The position numbers were made by a program, and so were the translations under genes. From Bdellovibrionales bacterium (GTDB taxonomy: Bacteria > Bdellovibrionota > Bdellovibrionia > Bdellovibrionales > Bdellovibrionaceae), in the NCBI GenBank assembly GCA_031370005.1, contig JANMPT010000007.1, positions 1 to 16,928 on the forward strand: DNA of 16,928 nt, given 5' to 3'. Positions 7,018-16,389 of the stretch are shown piece after piece (within the stretch, counting starts at the first letter, position 1; the number at the start of each line of letters is the position of its first letter). The notes under the pieces are model-generated. The model did not search any database, was not told the origin of the DNA, and worked only from the letters and a program-made list of their open reading frames with translations.

Positions 7018-9139
7018 CAATCTGATGGAGAAAATATTCTATGACGATGATATTGTTAAAAAATTCATCCTCGCCACCTTGATCTGGGCAGGAGCCGCCT
7101 TTATATTCGGCTTAATTGCTGCGATTCAACTGGCCTGGTGGCCTATGAATTTGAACATGGAATGGATCACCTTCGGTCGTCTTCGGCCCTTACATACCAA
7201 CGCCGCCATTTTTGCCTTTGCAGGCAATGCGATTTTTGCCGGAATCTATCACTCCTCGCAGAGACTTTTGAAAACTCGAATGTTTTCAGATCTCCTGGGA
7301 CGCATTCACTTTTGGGGATGGCAACTTATTATTTTAGCGGCAGCCATCACTTTGCCCCTGGGGTACTCTCAGTCCAAAGAGTACGCGGAGCTTGAGTGGC
7401 CGATCGATATTGCCATCACTGTGATCTGGGTTGTTTTTGCCGTGAATTTTTTTGGCACCCTTTCGCGTCGTCGTGAACGACATATGTATGTCGCCATCTG
7501 GTTTTATATCGCAACCATTATTACTATCGCAGTTCTTCATATTGTAAACTCCCTTGAGATTCCCGTGAGCTTTCTGCAGAGCTATCCAGTCTATGCGGGC
7601 ATACAAGATGCACTTGTTCAATGGTGGTATGGTCACAATGCTGTTGCCTTTTTTCTCACGACTCCGTTTTTGGGTTTGATGTATTACTATGTCCCAAAGG
7701 CGGCGAATCGTCCAATTTACTCTTACCAACTTTCAATTATCCACTTTTGGTCTTTGGTATTTATCTATATTTGGGCAGGCCCCCATCACCTGCTCTATAC
7801 TTCACTGCCCGAGTGGGCCCAGACTCTGGGCATGATTTTTAGCTTAATGCTGTGGGCTCCAAGCTGGGGAGGTATGATCAATGGTCTTTTGACTTTGCGC
7901 GGAGCCTGGCATTTACTCAGAACCGATCCAATCATTAAATTTTTTATCACTGCCATTACCTTCTATGGAATGGTGACCTTTGAAGGCCCCTTGCTTTCCA
8001 TAAAATCCGTCAGTGCCATCGGGCACTACACAGATTGGATTATCGCCCATGTCCACTCGGGTACTCTTGGTTGGAACGGAATGCTAACTTTTGGAATGCT
8101 CTATTACATGGTTCCCCGCCTCTGGAGAACAAAACTCCATTCGGAAAAGCTCGCCACAAGTCACTTTTGGATCGCGACGCTGGGAACTCTTCTCTACTAT
8201 ATTTCTATGCTGACTGCGGGAATCACCGAGGGGCTTATGTGGAGAGCCATGACTCCAGATGGTCGCTTAGTTTACCCAGACTTTATTGAAACCGTCGTCC
8301 GCGTGGTGCCACTCTATTGGGTGCGCGCCCTTGGAGGGGCTCTCTACATTATTGGTTTCTTTATGATGGTCTACAATTTCTACAAAACAATTCAGACTGC
8401 ACCAAAAGAGCAATCTGATACAGAAGTCCAGGTTCCCACCCGAGCTTCCGTTTTTGCAAAAATCGACACAGCCAGTGGCCACAATAAATTAGAAGGTATG
8501 GCCACTGTATTTTCGGTTCTTGCATTTCTGGCCATTATAATTGGCAGTGTGATTGAGATTTATCCAACACTATCTATACATAAGTACGTCACGCCTAACA
8601 ATATGGTGGAACCTTACACTCCGTTGGAGCTTGCCGGGCGCGATCTTTATGTTAAGGAGGGTTGCTATGTTTGCCACTCTCAACAAATTCGTCCGATTGT
8701 CTCAGAAGTCTTACGCTATGGAAAAGCCTCAAGCATTGAAGAGTCCATGTATGACAGGCCTTTTCAATGGGGTTCAAAACGCATCGGCCCTGATCTTGCG
8801 CGAATTGGTAAGAAGTATCCAAATCTTTGGCACTTTCAACATATGTTAGATCCCCGTGCGGTGACGCCAAAATCCATTATGCCCTCTTATATGTGGATGG
8901 CCGAAAAAGACACAGACTTCCTGATCCTTCGCAAGAAGCTCTCGATCATGAAACTCCTCGGAGTTCCCTATGATGACAACACCGTGGCCAATGCCGACAT
9001 TGAGGCGCAAAAACAAGCGAAGATCGTGGCAGATGATTTACGGGCCAACGGCGTGAATATTCCAAAACTTGAGCAAAAACAAATTGTCGCCTTGATTGCG
9101 TACCTACAAAGTCTTGGGCAAAAAGGAAAGCAGCCATGA
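6992..9139 (+). CDS. ccoNO: cbb3-type cytochrome c oxidase fused subunit I/II (CcoNO)
   Basis: FGRLRPLHTNA, WWYGHNAV, WAGPHHL and HVHSG heme/CuB motifs, then the CcoO domain EGCYVCHSQQIR...WGSKRIGPDL..SIMP in the same frame. Start taken at ATG 6992 behind AAGGA; ATG 7025 is an alternative. Confidence 0.95.
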   Translation: MTSPHTINNNLMEKIFYDDDIVKKFILATLIWAGAAFIFGLIAAIQLAWWPMNLNMEWITFGRLRPLHTNAAIFAFAGNAIFAGIYHSSQRLLKTRMFSDLLGRIHFWGWQLIILAAAITLPLGYSQSKEYAELEWPIDIAITVIWVVFAVNFFGTLSRRRERHMYVAIWFYIATIITIAVLHIVNSLEIPVSFLQSYPVYAGIQDALVQWWYGHNAVAFFLTTPFLGLMYYYVPKAANRPIYSYQLSIIHFWSLVFIYIWAGPHHLLYTSLPEWAQTLGMIFSLMLWAPSWGGMINGLLTLRGAWHLLRTDPIIKFFITAITFYGMVTFEGPLLSIKSVSAIGHYTDWIIAHVHSGTLGWNGMLTFGMLYYMVPRLWRTKLHSEKLATSHFWIATLGTLLYYISMLTAGITEGLMWRAMTPDGRLVYPDFIETVVRVVPLYWVRALGGALYIIGFFMMVYNFYKTIQTAPKEQSDTEVQVPTRASVFAKIDTASGHNKLEGMATVFSVLAFLAIIIGSVIEIYPTLSIHKYVTPNNMVEPYTPLELAGRDLYVKEGCYVCHSQQIRPIVSEVLRYGKASSIEESMYDRPFQWGSKRIGPDLARIGKKYPNLWHFQHMLDPRAVTPKSIMPSYMWMAEKDTDFLILRKKLSIMKLLGVPYDDNTVANADIEAQKQAKIVADDLRANGVNIPKLEQKQIVALIAYLQSLGQKGKQP

Positions 9140-9300
9140 AACAAGAAGGACTTGCTTATTTCACAGACACTCAGCTGACAGCCTTGGGTCTTTTAATATT
9201 TTTTATTTTCTTTATCGGGGTCCTTGTCTGGACCTCGCTCAAAGACAATAAAGCCATCTATAAAAACCTCGAGCAACTACCTCTGAAAGACGGAGAATAG
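9136..9300 (+). CDS. ccoQ: cbb3 oxidase small subunit CcoQ-like (54 aa)
   Basis: MKQEGLAYFTDTQLTALGLLIFFIFFIGVLVWTSLKDNKAIYKNLEQLPLKDGE: single TM with FF.FF.G..W and a terminal LPL.D; ATGA overlap with ccoNO. Missed by the ORF track. Confidence 0.85.
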   Translation: MKQEGLAYFTDTQLTALGLLIFFIFFIGVLVWTSLKDNKAIYKNLEQLPLKDGE

Positions 9301-9302
9301 CC

Positions 9303-9878
9303 ATGAGCGACGATATTAAAGATCCCAGCAGTGATCCTCTGACAGACCACGATTACGATGGCATCAAAGAATACGACAATCCCCTGCCGACATGGTGGCT
9401 GGCGATTTTTCAACTGACAATTATTTTTGGTTTTCTTTACTTCATTCACTATCAGTTCGGGGGTGGCCCAACTCTAACCCAAGAGCTCGATGTCGCCATG
9501 AAGAGTATTGAAAAAGCCGCAGCCCAACATGCGCCCGCAGAAACTGAAACCGAGAACATGCTGACCACTGCTATGAAAGATCCTAAAGCCTTGGAGCTTG
9601 GGGCTACCGTCTTCACAGCAAAATGTGCCTCCTGTCACGGACCTCAACTGGGTGGCTTGATTGGCCCCAATCTAACAGATAACTTTTGGCTTCACGGCAA
9701 AGGAACACGCCTAGATATCGTCAAAGTGATTCGCAAAGGCGTTCCAGAAAAAGGCATGCCACCATGGGAAAGTCTTTTATCCAAGGAGGAAGTTTACGGA
9801 CTTACCGCCTATATTATTTCAAAAAAAGGCAGCAATCCGGCAAATCCTAAAGCTCCGCAAGGGGAAGAAGTAAAATAA
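9303..9878 (+). CDS. ccoP: cbb3 oxidase subunit III, short monoheme CcoP
   Basis: FixP N-terminus HDYDGIKEYDNPLPTWW; single CxxCH (CASCH), GPNLTD and GMPPW. Confidence 0.92.
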   Translation: MSDDIKDPSSDPLTDHDYDGIKEYDNPLPTWWLAIFQLTIIFGFLYFIHYQFGGGPTLTQELDVAMKSIEKAAAQHAPAETETENMLTTAMKDPKALELGATVFTAKCASCHGPQLGGLIGPNLTDNFWLHGKGTRLDIVKVIRKGVPEKGMPPWESLLSKEEVYGLTAYIISKKGSNPANPKAPQGEEVK

Positions 9879-9879
9879 A

Positions 9880-11295
9880 ATGACACTCGATCCTGAAAGA
9901 TTAACCAGTATTGACGAGTTCGGAGACCGTACCTATATTATCCCCGCAGAAGTTCGTGGGTTTTATCATAGATACAGGACTTGGACTCAGTTTGCTTTAC
10001 TCGTGGTCTTTCTTGGACTGCCGTGGACCCACATTAATAATACTCAGACCATTCTTCTTAATATTCCAGCGCGCAAGTTTGCTATCTTCGGTCTTACATT
10101 TTGGGCCCATGATACGCCTTTGATCTTTTTTGTCCTAGCCACCCTCACTCTGGGCCTCAGCTTCGTAACTTCAGTTTGGGGTCGTGTCTGGTGTGGGTGG
10201 GCTTGCCCGCAGACAGTTTTTATTGATGCAGTTTTCCGGCGAGTGGAGCAGTGGGTGCAGGGGAATTACATTCAACGCCGCCAACTGAGACAAGCTCCAT
10301 TAAGTTTTACAAAAGTATTTAAAAACACACTCACCTGGTTTTTGTTTTTTGTTGTTTCAACTTTGATCTCCCATAGCTTTGCCGCCTACTTCGTAGGCTC
10401 CGAAGCCATGATTAAGATGATTCAAGAAAGTCCCGGACAAAACTGGAATACCTTTCTTATTGTAAGCTTTATTACGCTCTTAGTTCTTTTTGATTTCGGC
10501 TGGTTTCGAGAGCAATTTTGCATCATCATGTGCCCCTATGGACGTTTTCAAAGTGTACTTTTAGATCAAAATTCCCTTGCTGTGGTCTATGATGAAGAGC
10601 GAGGAGAACCGCGTAAAGGAAAAGGCAACAAAGGGAAAATACCAGGTGAAAAACAAGGAGACTGCGTTAGTTGCAATCGCTGCGTTCAGGTCTGCCCCAC
10701 GGGCATTGATATCCGCAAAGGTCTACAAATGGAGTGCATCGCCTGCACAGCCTGCATAGATGCCTGTGATGAAATCATGGTGAAGGTCAAAAAGCCGACT
10801 GGACTCATTCGATACGACACTTTAAATCACAGTAAAATAAAACTCACAAAACCACGTCCCCTGATTTACGTAGCACTGATTCTTGTCTCATTATTTGGCC
10901 TGACTTATAGCATCCTTACTCATGAAAAGGCCCAGGTCTTTATTCTGCGGGCAAAAGAAGCCCCTTATACTTTACTGAAAAACGACAAAGGTGAAAAGAT
11001 CGTTCTCAATCATTTCCGGCTGGAAATCCAAAATCAAAACTTCAAAAAAGCGATATATCTTTTAAGCCCCCCCGCCAGCTGGAGCCAACAGGGCATTGAG
11101 CTGACGGTTGGGCAAAACCCAATGGACGTGGCTCCGGGTGCAATGATCGAGTGGCATTTCTTTGTTCGCTTTAAGCCTGAGCTTCTTGCCAAAACAGGTC
11201 AGCTGAGCACCAAGATTCTTATTAAGGATCAAAATGAGATTGAGCGTCCCTACAAATCGGAAAAAGAATTCACTCTGATTGGACCTAAGCAATAA
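9880..11295 (+). CDS. ccoG: cbb3 accessory protein CcoG/FixG (4Fe-4S, Cu reductase family)
   Basis: GRVWCGWACPQTV, REQFC..MCPYGRFQ, CVSCNRCVQVCPTGIDIR and ECIACTACIDAC; C-terminal Ig-like region. Confidence 0.95.
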   Translation: MTLDPERLTSIDEFGDRTYIIPAEVRGFYHRYRTWTQFALLVVFLGLPWTHINNTQTILLNIPARKFAIFGLTFWAHDTPLIFFVLATLTLGLSFVTSVWGRVWCGWACPQTVFIDAVFRRVEQWVQGNYIQRRQLRQAPLSFTKVFKNTLTWFLFFVVSTLISHSFAAYFVGSEAMIKMIQESPGQNWNTFLIVSFITLLVLFDFGWFREQFCIIMCPYGRFQSVLLDQNSLAVVYDEERGEPRKGKGNKGKIPGEKQGDCVSCNRCVQVCPTGIDIRKGLQMECIACTACIDACDEIMVKVKKPTGLIRYDTLNHSKIKLTKPRPLIYVALILVSLFGLTYSILTHEKAQVFILRAKEAPYTLLKNDKGEKIVLNHFRLEIQNQNFKKAIYLLSPPASWSQQGIELTVGQNPMDVAPGAMIEWHFFVRFKPELLAKTGQLSTKILIKDQNEIERPYKSEKEFTLIGPKQ

Positions 11296-11296
11296 T

Positions 11297-11929
11297 ATGG
11301 AAAAACTTCTATTGCCCTTAGCCATCCTTGGTTCCAGCTTCCTCGGAAGTTGGCACTGCGCTGGAATGTGTGGTCCCTTCGCTGCTATCACAGGATCACG
11401 GGGCCAACTTTGGCACTATCATTTAGGGCGACTCATTATTTATTTTTCTTTGGGCATGGCTTCAGGTTTTTTTGGTGAGTTCGTACTGACCTCTGAGTTT
11501 CGCTGGCTTCGTGCCACCGGAGGTTTGTTTCTAGGAATCACTTTGATTTTTATGGGAATCCAGTATCTTTTGTCTTCAAATCTTTGGCTAAGCTCGCACC
11601 ACCGCGCAGGAAAAATCTATCAGCGTCTCTATCAAAAAATTAAAGTTTTCAGATTCTCGCATAGCAGCTTCGTGATTGGCTTAATGGCTGGGCTGTTGCC
11701 CTGTATGTGGCTCTATACTTACGTTCTTGCGGCTTCAGCTACCAAGAGCCCTTTGGCCGGCGGCTTTACTCTATTTCTTTTTTGGCTAGGGGGCCTCCCC
11801 GCTCTCAGCGCTGTGTCAATGATGATCCGACCTGCGCTCCTCAAATCAAACGAAAGGAAGCAAAAAATAGCCGGCGGCGTCCTCATTTGCTCCGGTCTCT
11901 ATGCCCTGGCTTCACATCTCCTGTCATAA
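11297..11929 (+). CDS. DsbD_2 / TauE-SafE-like membrane protein associated with cbb3 operons
   Basis: GSWHCAGMCGP, YHLGR and GLLPC..LY motifs; multi-TM. Start set at ATG 11297 right after the ccoG stop. Confidence 0.88.
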   Translation: MEKLLLPLAILGSSFLGSWHCAGMCGPFAAITGSRGQLWHYHLGRLIIYFSLGMASGFFGEFVLTSEFRWLRATGGLFLGITLIFMGIQYLLSSNLWLSSHHRAGKIYQRLYQKIKVFRFSHSSFVIGLMAGLLPCMWLYTYVLAASATKSPLAGGFTLFLFWLGGLPALSAVSMMIRPALLKSNERKQKIAGGVLICSGLYALASHLLS

Positions 11930-11932
11930 TAT

Positions 11933-11956
11933 AAAGGCCCCTAGAACGGGGCCTTT
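11933..11956. terminator. Bidirectional intrinsic terminator
   Basis: AAAGGCCCC-TAGAAC-GGGGCCTTT hairpin between the convergent cco operon and hsp20. Confidence 0.75.
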
Positions 11957-11978
11957 GGCACAACTATCAGGGGCGTTG

Positions 11979-12527
11979 TTAGTGCTTACTTTTTTCTTCA
12001 GTTGGCTTTACTGCTTTTTCACGATGTAAAAAACGATCTATGAGGCCCTGAGGCTGACCAGCTTGGATTTTGATCTCTTGAGCTTTTTTCACTTCAGTTT
12101 TTGGTAAAACAATTCTTAAAACACCGTCTTCAAAGTTTGCCTCAACTTTCTTGGTGTCAACGCTTTCTGGCAGAATAAAGCTACGGGTGAAACGACCACA
12201 TGATCTTTCGCGATAGCCCTCTTCTTTGACTTCGTTGCTACGTTCGCCGGAAATTTTCAGAGAATTACCAGTAATATCAAGTTTAACATCGTCCCGTTTG
12301 ATCCCTGGCAGATCTGCGGAAATCATGTACATTTCCTCATTTTCCTCTATATCTACTGCGGGAGCATACTCAGTCAGGCCTTCAAGTCTACTCTGAGGCC
12401 AGGCTGAATCTGCAAAAAAATCCCTCTCTAAATTATTAAAAACATCATCAAAATGCGACATTAAGTTTTTCATCCCTGTTAATGGTGCAACCTCTCGACG
12501 AGTACGGTACGGTTGTAATGAACGCAT
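11979..12527 (-). CDS. Small heat shock protein (Hsp20/alpha-crystallin)
   Basis: PAVDIEE..ADLPGI, LKISGER, ERSCGRFTRSFILP and ANFEDGVLRIVLPK; AAGGAGG RBS. Confidence 0.95.
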   Translation of the reverse strand: MRSLQPYRTRREVAPLTGMKNLMSHFDDVFNNLERDFFADSAWPQSRLEGLTEYAPAVDIEENEEMYMISADLPGIKRDDVKLDITGNSLKISGERSNEVKEEGYRERSCGRFTRSFILPESVDTKKVEANFEDGVLRIVLPKTEVKKAQEIKIQAGQPQGLIDRFLHREKAVKPTEEKSKH

Positions 12528-12701
12528 AAAACCTCCTTATTGATTTGTTGAATTTGTCTTAAATTTACAACGTGTTTATGAAGAGAAAGTCTCTGTTGAG
12601 TATGGAATCAAAGAAATATTCATGACGTTTCCATAAAATAAAGGGTCGAATGCCTTAGCATCTATTGCCATGGAAGAGGAAATCTCTTAGCATAATCCAC
12701 T

Positions 12702-13781
12702 ATGACGAACGGACGCATTCTAATCTATAGAGTTTTTGATATCGGCAGCGACGTGAACTTGGAGGCGGCGCAGAAGGTTTTTGAAACCACCACCACAGCT
12801 CAGCGATTTCGCCTAAATCGCTCCTCAAAAGCCATGATCATCAATAATGCACCTTTGTCATTGAATATTGAAACTTCGAAATACGATGTCTTGGGGCATC
12901 CTTTGGATCTCGATATCTCCGCTAAAATTTGGCACTTTGGAGCTCTTTCTATCACAATGTCCTTTGGAATTCCTAAAAATATATCTTGGAATCGCTTAAT
13001 AGAACTTGGGAACTTTCTCGAGAACGATAACAATCTCCATATTCTTGCAACGCAAAAAGTTAGTCAAATTTTGCAGAGCTTGAATCCAGAACGCATTCAA
13101 ACCACCAATTGGGAAACTTACGAAGACTATATCTGTTATTTTTTTAAGCAGCTTGAAGGCTGCGAAAAAAATGCCATGGACATTTTCAATCGCTATGATA
13201 TTTTCCGTTTGATCTTATCAGAGAACAATGAAAATCTCTCGGATCAAATTAAAAAAACCATTCTCGACAGCACCTTTCAGTACAGTAATGATGACCTAGC
13301 AGTGATTGACTGGAATTCGGCATTGATTATTGAGCCATCTGGTTCTCTAGATATTGTTGATGTGATTGAATTTTCCCTGTGTCAGTTGCTTGAGATGCGT
13401 CACTATGACGACCTTTTGGACGAAAAGCTGGCTTATCTTTACTCAGCTCTTGAGAAAAAAAACCATAGTATCTTCCAGAGCTATTACAATAAACTTTCCA
13501 AAGAGGCGGCGAAGTTTTACCTCGATATATCAGATACCGTCGAAAGCGTTGAAAACAGCATGAAAGTTGTGGGTGACTTTTATCTTGCAAAAATATTCCG
13601 CGCCGCTTCGCAACGTCTACGCTTCAAGGACTGGCAGGATAGCGTTAATCAAAAACTTGAAAACCTGGCTCAGATCTCGAAAATCTTCGTCGCCGAAGGT
13701 AATGAAAAAAAGAACCAGCTCTTGGAGATCATCATTATTATTTTGATCGCCATCGAGGTAATTCCTCTTTTCTTTAAGTAG
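12702..13781 (+). CDS. Conserved hypothetical membrane-anchored protein, possibly DUF155/RMD1-like
   Basis: 359-aa ORF; helical C-terminal half (R..YDDLLDEKL, GDFYLAKIF..A..RL...W..SV..KL) and terminal TM LEIIIIILIAIE, resembling the RMD1/DUF155 architecture. Family call from memory. Confidence 0.55.
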   Translation: MTNGRILIYRVFDIGSDVNLEAAQKVFETTTTAQRFRLNRSSKAMIINNAPLSLNIETSKYDVLGHPLDLDISAKIWHFGALSITMSFGIPKNISWNRLIELGNFLENDNNLHILATQKVSQILQSLNPERIQTTNWETYEDYICYFFKQLEGCEKNAMDIFNRYDIFRLILSENNENLSDQIKKTILDSTFQYSNDDLAVIDWNSALIIEPSGSLDIVDVIEFSLCQLLEMRHYDDLLDEKLAYLYSALEKKNHSIFQSYYNKLSKEAAKFYLDISDTVESVENSMKVVGDFYLAKIFRAASQRLRFKDWQDSVNQKLENLAQISKIFVAEGNEKKNQLLEIIIIILIAIEVIPLFFK

Positions 13782-13795
13782 AAGCAACTCGATTT

Positions 13796-16108
13796 CTAAA
13801 GTTTTTCACGGTAAGAGAAAAGAAAACTCATAACTGAATATTTTAGTTTAGTTGGCAGTCCCGAGCTTTGATAACCACGCTCGAGCTCCTCTGACATTCT
13901 TTGAATTTCCGGCATGCCAATTCGCTCTACCAATTGCTTTGCTGCTAGCTTTTCTTCCTCAGATCCAGAATCAGATATTTTTTTAATGATACCAGAAGCG
14001 CCCATTTTCTGCAAAAAACCATATGTATTTATAACTGGGCGCCCGAGTTCCGCTTGGGTGATAGGGTTTGCTTTTCTTGCCGCAAGATCTGACAGCATCT
14101 CAATGAATTTTAGCTCAACCCGTCCTTGAGCATTTGTGGTATTTTTATAAATGGAGCCCATAATTTGTTCGTCGACCCCGGACATGGAGGCCACGATAAA
14201 GTTTCTGAGTTTTAGCATGGACTCCCAGTGAAGCCTCTCTGTGGCATTTTTTGCCGATTTAATTTTAACCGAAATATTTTCAGGACTATGCCCCCATAAA
14301 ACATAAAGAACATCTGATACGCTCATTTCAACATTCTTCCCATCCTTTGAGAGCAAGCTTGCATACTTTTGTTTGTCAGTAAGGCCGTCAATAATTTCTT
14401 TTGGTACGCCTTTATAGTTGTAGTTTTTAGATAAGTTATCAAAACTCAGAAATTTCTCAAGATCATGTTTTCCTATTGATTTAAGATGTTTTGGCGCTAT
14501 ATGGGTAAAATATTCCGAATTATTCCTGTACATTTTTGAGGCATTTTTATTTACCTCTCGATTATGTACGAAGAAATATTTTTTGAGCTCGCCTTCGTTT
14601 TTTGGGGCCCATTTCTGCAATGGCTGTGAGTTCTTGCTGGCCTTTAATGCTTGAAATTTAATAACCCCTAAAGAACCCGCAGAAACTAATGTGAGGGCAC
14701 TTTGTTTGAAACAGGAATCAAACTCTAAGGCTCTTGAAATATTTTGAGTGGGCTGCGGGCATTGCAGTCCGCCCCCACCCGCATTGATACCGCTTTCAAG
14801 GCCACTGGCTGTGTGAAGACACTCGTTGACCATTTTTTCAGCGTCAGAAACAAAAAAATGAGCTTGAGATGTCGCCATTCCCAACTGAGCTAAATCTTTA
14901 ATGACTTGTCCCGAACGCGCCGCCGTTGCCAAACTCCCCAAGCCTAGCGTTGCTAAGGAAATTGCCGCATCACGGGTCGCAGAAGAAATGACATGACCCG
15001 TTTCATCTTGATCAGTTTTTCTATCAAGAATGCATTTTTGATATGACTCATACTCATAATATGCATACCCGTCGTCTTTAGATTTAAACCTCTTAAAGTC
15101 TACAACATCAGGAAGGGCTGGCGTCGCCGTTAGCGTCTTTCTAAGAGACTTAGGACTGCAATCATGGTCTCCTGATCCTCTGAAGCAACGGCTAGCGGCT
15201 TGCGCTTTCTCAAACATCTTTATGAGTTCCGTCCGATTTTCTTTAAGCTGCGCAAAAATCGCGTCTGCGATGGAATGATTTGCCTTTAACTGACGTTTAA
15301 ACTTCTGACCATTGATCCACGGCACAATCTGCTCTTTCATTTTCAATTGGATATTCAGAAGATTCATTTTTTCTTCAAGACTTTTCTTTTCAAGAGCCGA
15401 AGTGGACTGCTTAGCAGCTCGTGTAAGTTTTTTTATCTCATTTTTTAAATCGGTAATACCCTCAAGCACAACACTGGTTTGATTGACCAGATTCTGAATA
15501 TTTACTTTAGGCGAACACTTATTTATATAGAAATCACACTCTCTAAGTACATTACCAAATGAGGATTGACTGCAAACTTTTTTAAGATCCGGTTGTGGAC
15601 GCTTCTGAGTGTTCAGTATTGAATCAATGGCGGCAAGTTCGGAAACATATGACAAAGATGCCTTCTCTAGCCGTTTTTGATTCGTAAAATACTTTGAAAT
15701 CATTTTATTTGCTTGCTGCTCTGGGAATCTCTTGCCGCAAGCGCCAAGGCTGGCAATAACAGCTGGATCTTGCAATTCGGGTTCATTTGCTTCGTAAATC
15801 TTTAAAAGCTTTGTCGGCGAATACCCTACACTTTTATTAATTACAATAGAGCATGACTTTTCGTCGGACTTTAACAAACCCATAAGTGAGTTCTTGGAAT
15901 CATCTGCAACAAAATCTGAAAGAGTTTTAGGACAGGTCTCTGATTGGGCAGGACTTTGGCAGCTCTTATGTGAGGAGGCATTGAAATCATGAATTGAGTT
16001 TATCCAGGAGTCCGCCAGCTGCTTGGAATCCCGTGAGTCCGCAAGACAACGCAAGCTGATTGTCACAGTGAAAAATATAAAAAATAACACTGCAAGCAAA
16101 CGTCTCAA
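13796..16108 (-). CDS. Large secreted hypothetical protein (Cys-rich N-terminal two thirds, possible HD-like C-terminal domain)
   Basis: 770-aa ORF with TTG start and GGAGG RBS (16116-16120); signal peptide MRRLLAVLFFIFFTVTISLRCLA-D; 14 Cys, all within residues 21-466. Confidence 0.8.
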   Translation of the reverse strand: MRRLLAVLFFIFFTVTISLRCLADSRDSKQLADSWINSIHDFNASSHKSCQSPAQSETCPKTLSDFVADDSKNSLMGLLKSDEKSCSIVINKSVGYSPTKLLKIYEANEPELQDPAVIASLGACGKRFPEQQANKMISKYFTNQKRLEKASLSYVSELAAIDSILNTQKRPQPDLKKVCSQSSFGNVLRECDFYINKCSPKVNIQNLVNQTSVVLEGITDLKNEIKKLTRAAKQSTSALEKKSLEEKMNLLNIQLKMKEQIVPWINGQKFKRQLKANHSIADAIFAQLKENRTELIKMFEKAQAASRCFRGSGDHDCSPKSLRKTLTATPALPDVVDFKRFKSKDDGYAYYEYESYQKCILDRKTDQDETGHVISSATRDAAISLATLGLGSLATAARSGQVIKDLAQLGMATSQAHFFVSDAEKMVNECLHTASGLESGINAGGGGLQCPQPTQNISRALEFDSCFKQSALTLVSAGSLGVIKFQALKASKNSQPLQKWAPKNEGELKKYFFVHNREVNKNASKMYRNNSEYFTHIAPKHLKSIGKHDLEKFLSFDNLSKNYNYKGVPKEIIDGLTDKQKYASLLSKDGKNVEMSVSDVLYVLWGHSPENISVKIKSAKNATERLHWESMLKLRNFIVASMSGVDEQIMGSIYKNTTNAQGRVELKFIEMLSDLAARKANPITQAELGRPVINTYGFLQKMGASGIIKKISDSGSEEEKLAAKQLVERIGMPEIQRMSEELERGYQSSGLPTKLKYSVMSFLFSYREKL

Positions 16109-16389
16109 ATTGAGACCTCCAAAGATTTTTTCGACCCAAAGTCCACCAACATAATATAGAGTGCAAAAAAGTGGCCGTGTCTAGAAGGCTATTGCCAAGT
16201 CTAGGAGGCAGACGCCTAGACAGCTGTCGAAGGAGGAATTGCACTGTTTAAGTCGTGGTCACACACCTGGACTTTATAAGTAATCTCAAAAGGACACATT
16301 AATAAATCTCGACTGCAATTGCAAAACCGGCGATGGAAAAATAGATTGTCGCAACCTCGCTGTGCGCAAGGTCGTTAGTCTAGAGCGTC

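Noticed and set aside
7138..11934. Numerous 60-130 aa alternative-frame ORFs inside the cco genes (also inside the transposase, CDF, ccoI and later genes)
   Set aside because: They lie within or largely overlap well-supported genes and show no motifs.
12654..12693. CIRCE/HrcA operator upstream of hsp20
   Set aside because: TTAGCA occurs as a direct repeat, not the inverted TTAGCACTC-N9-GAGTGCTAA; the sigma32 match is also too weak to call.
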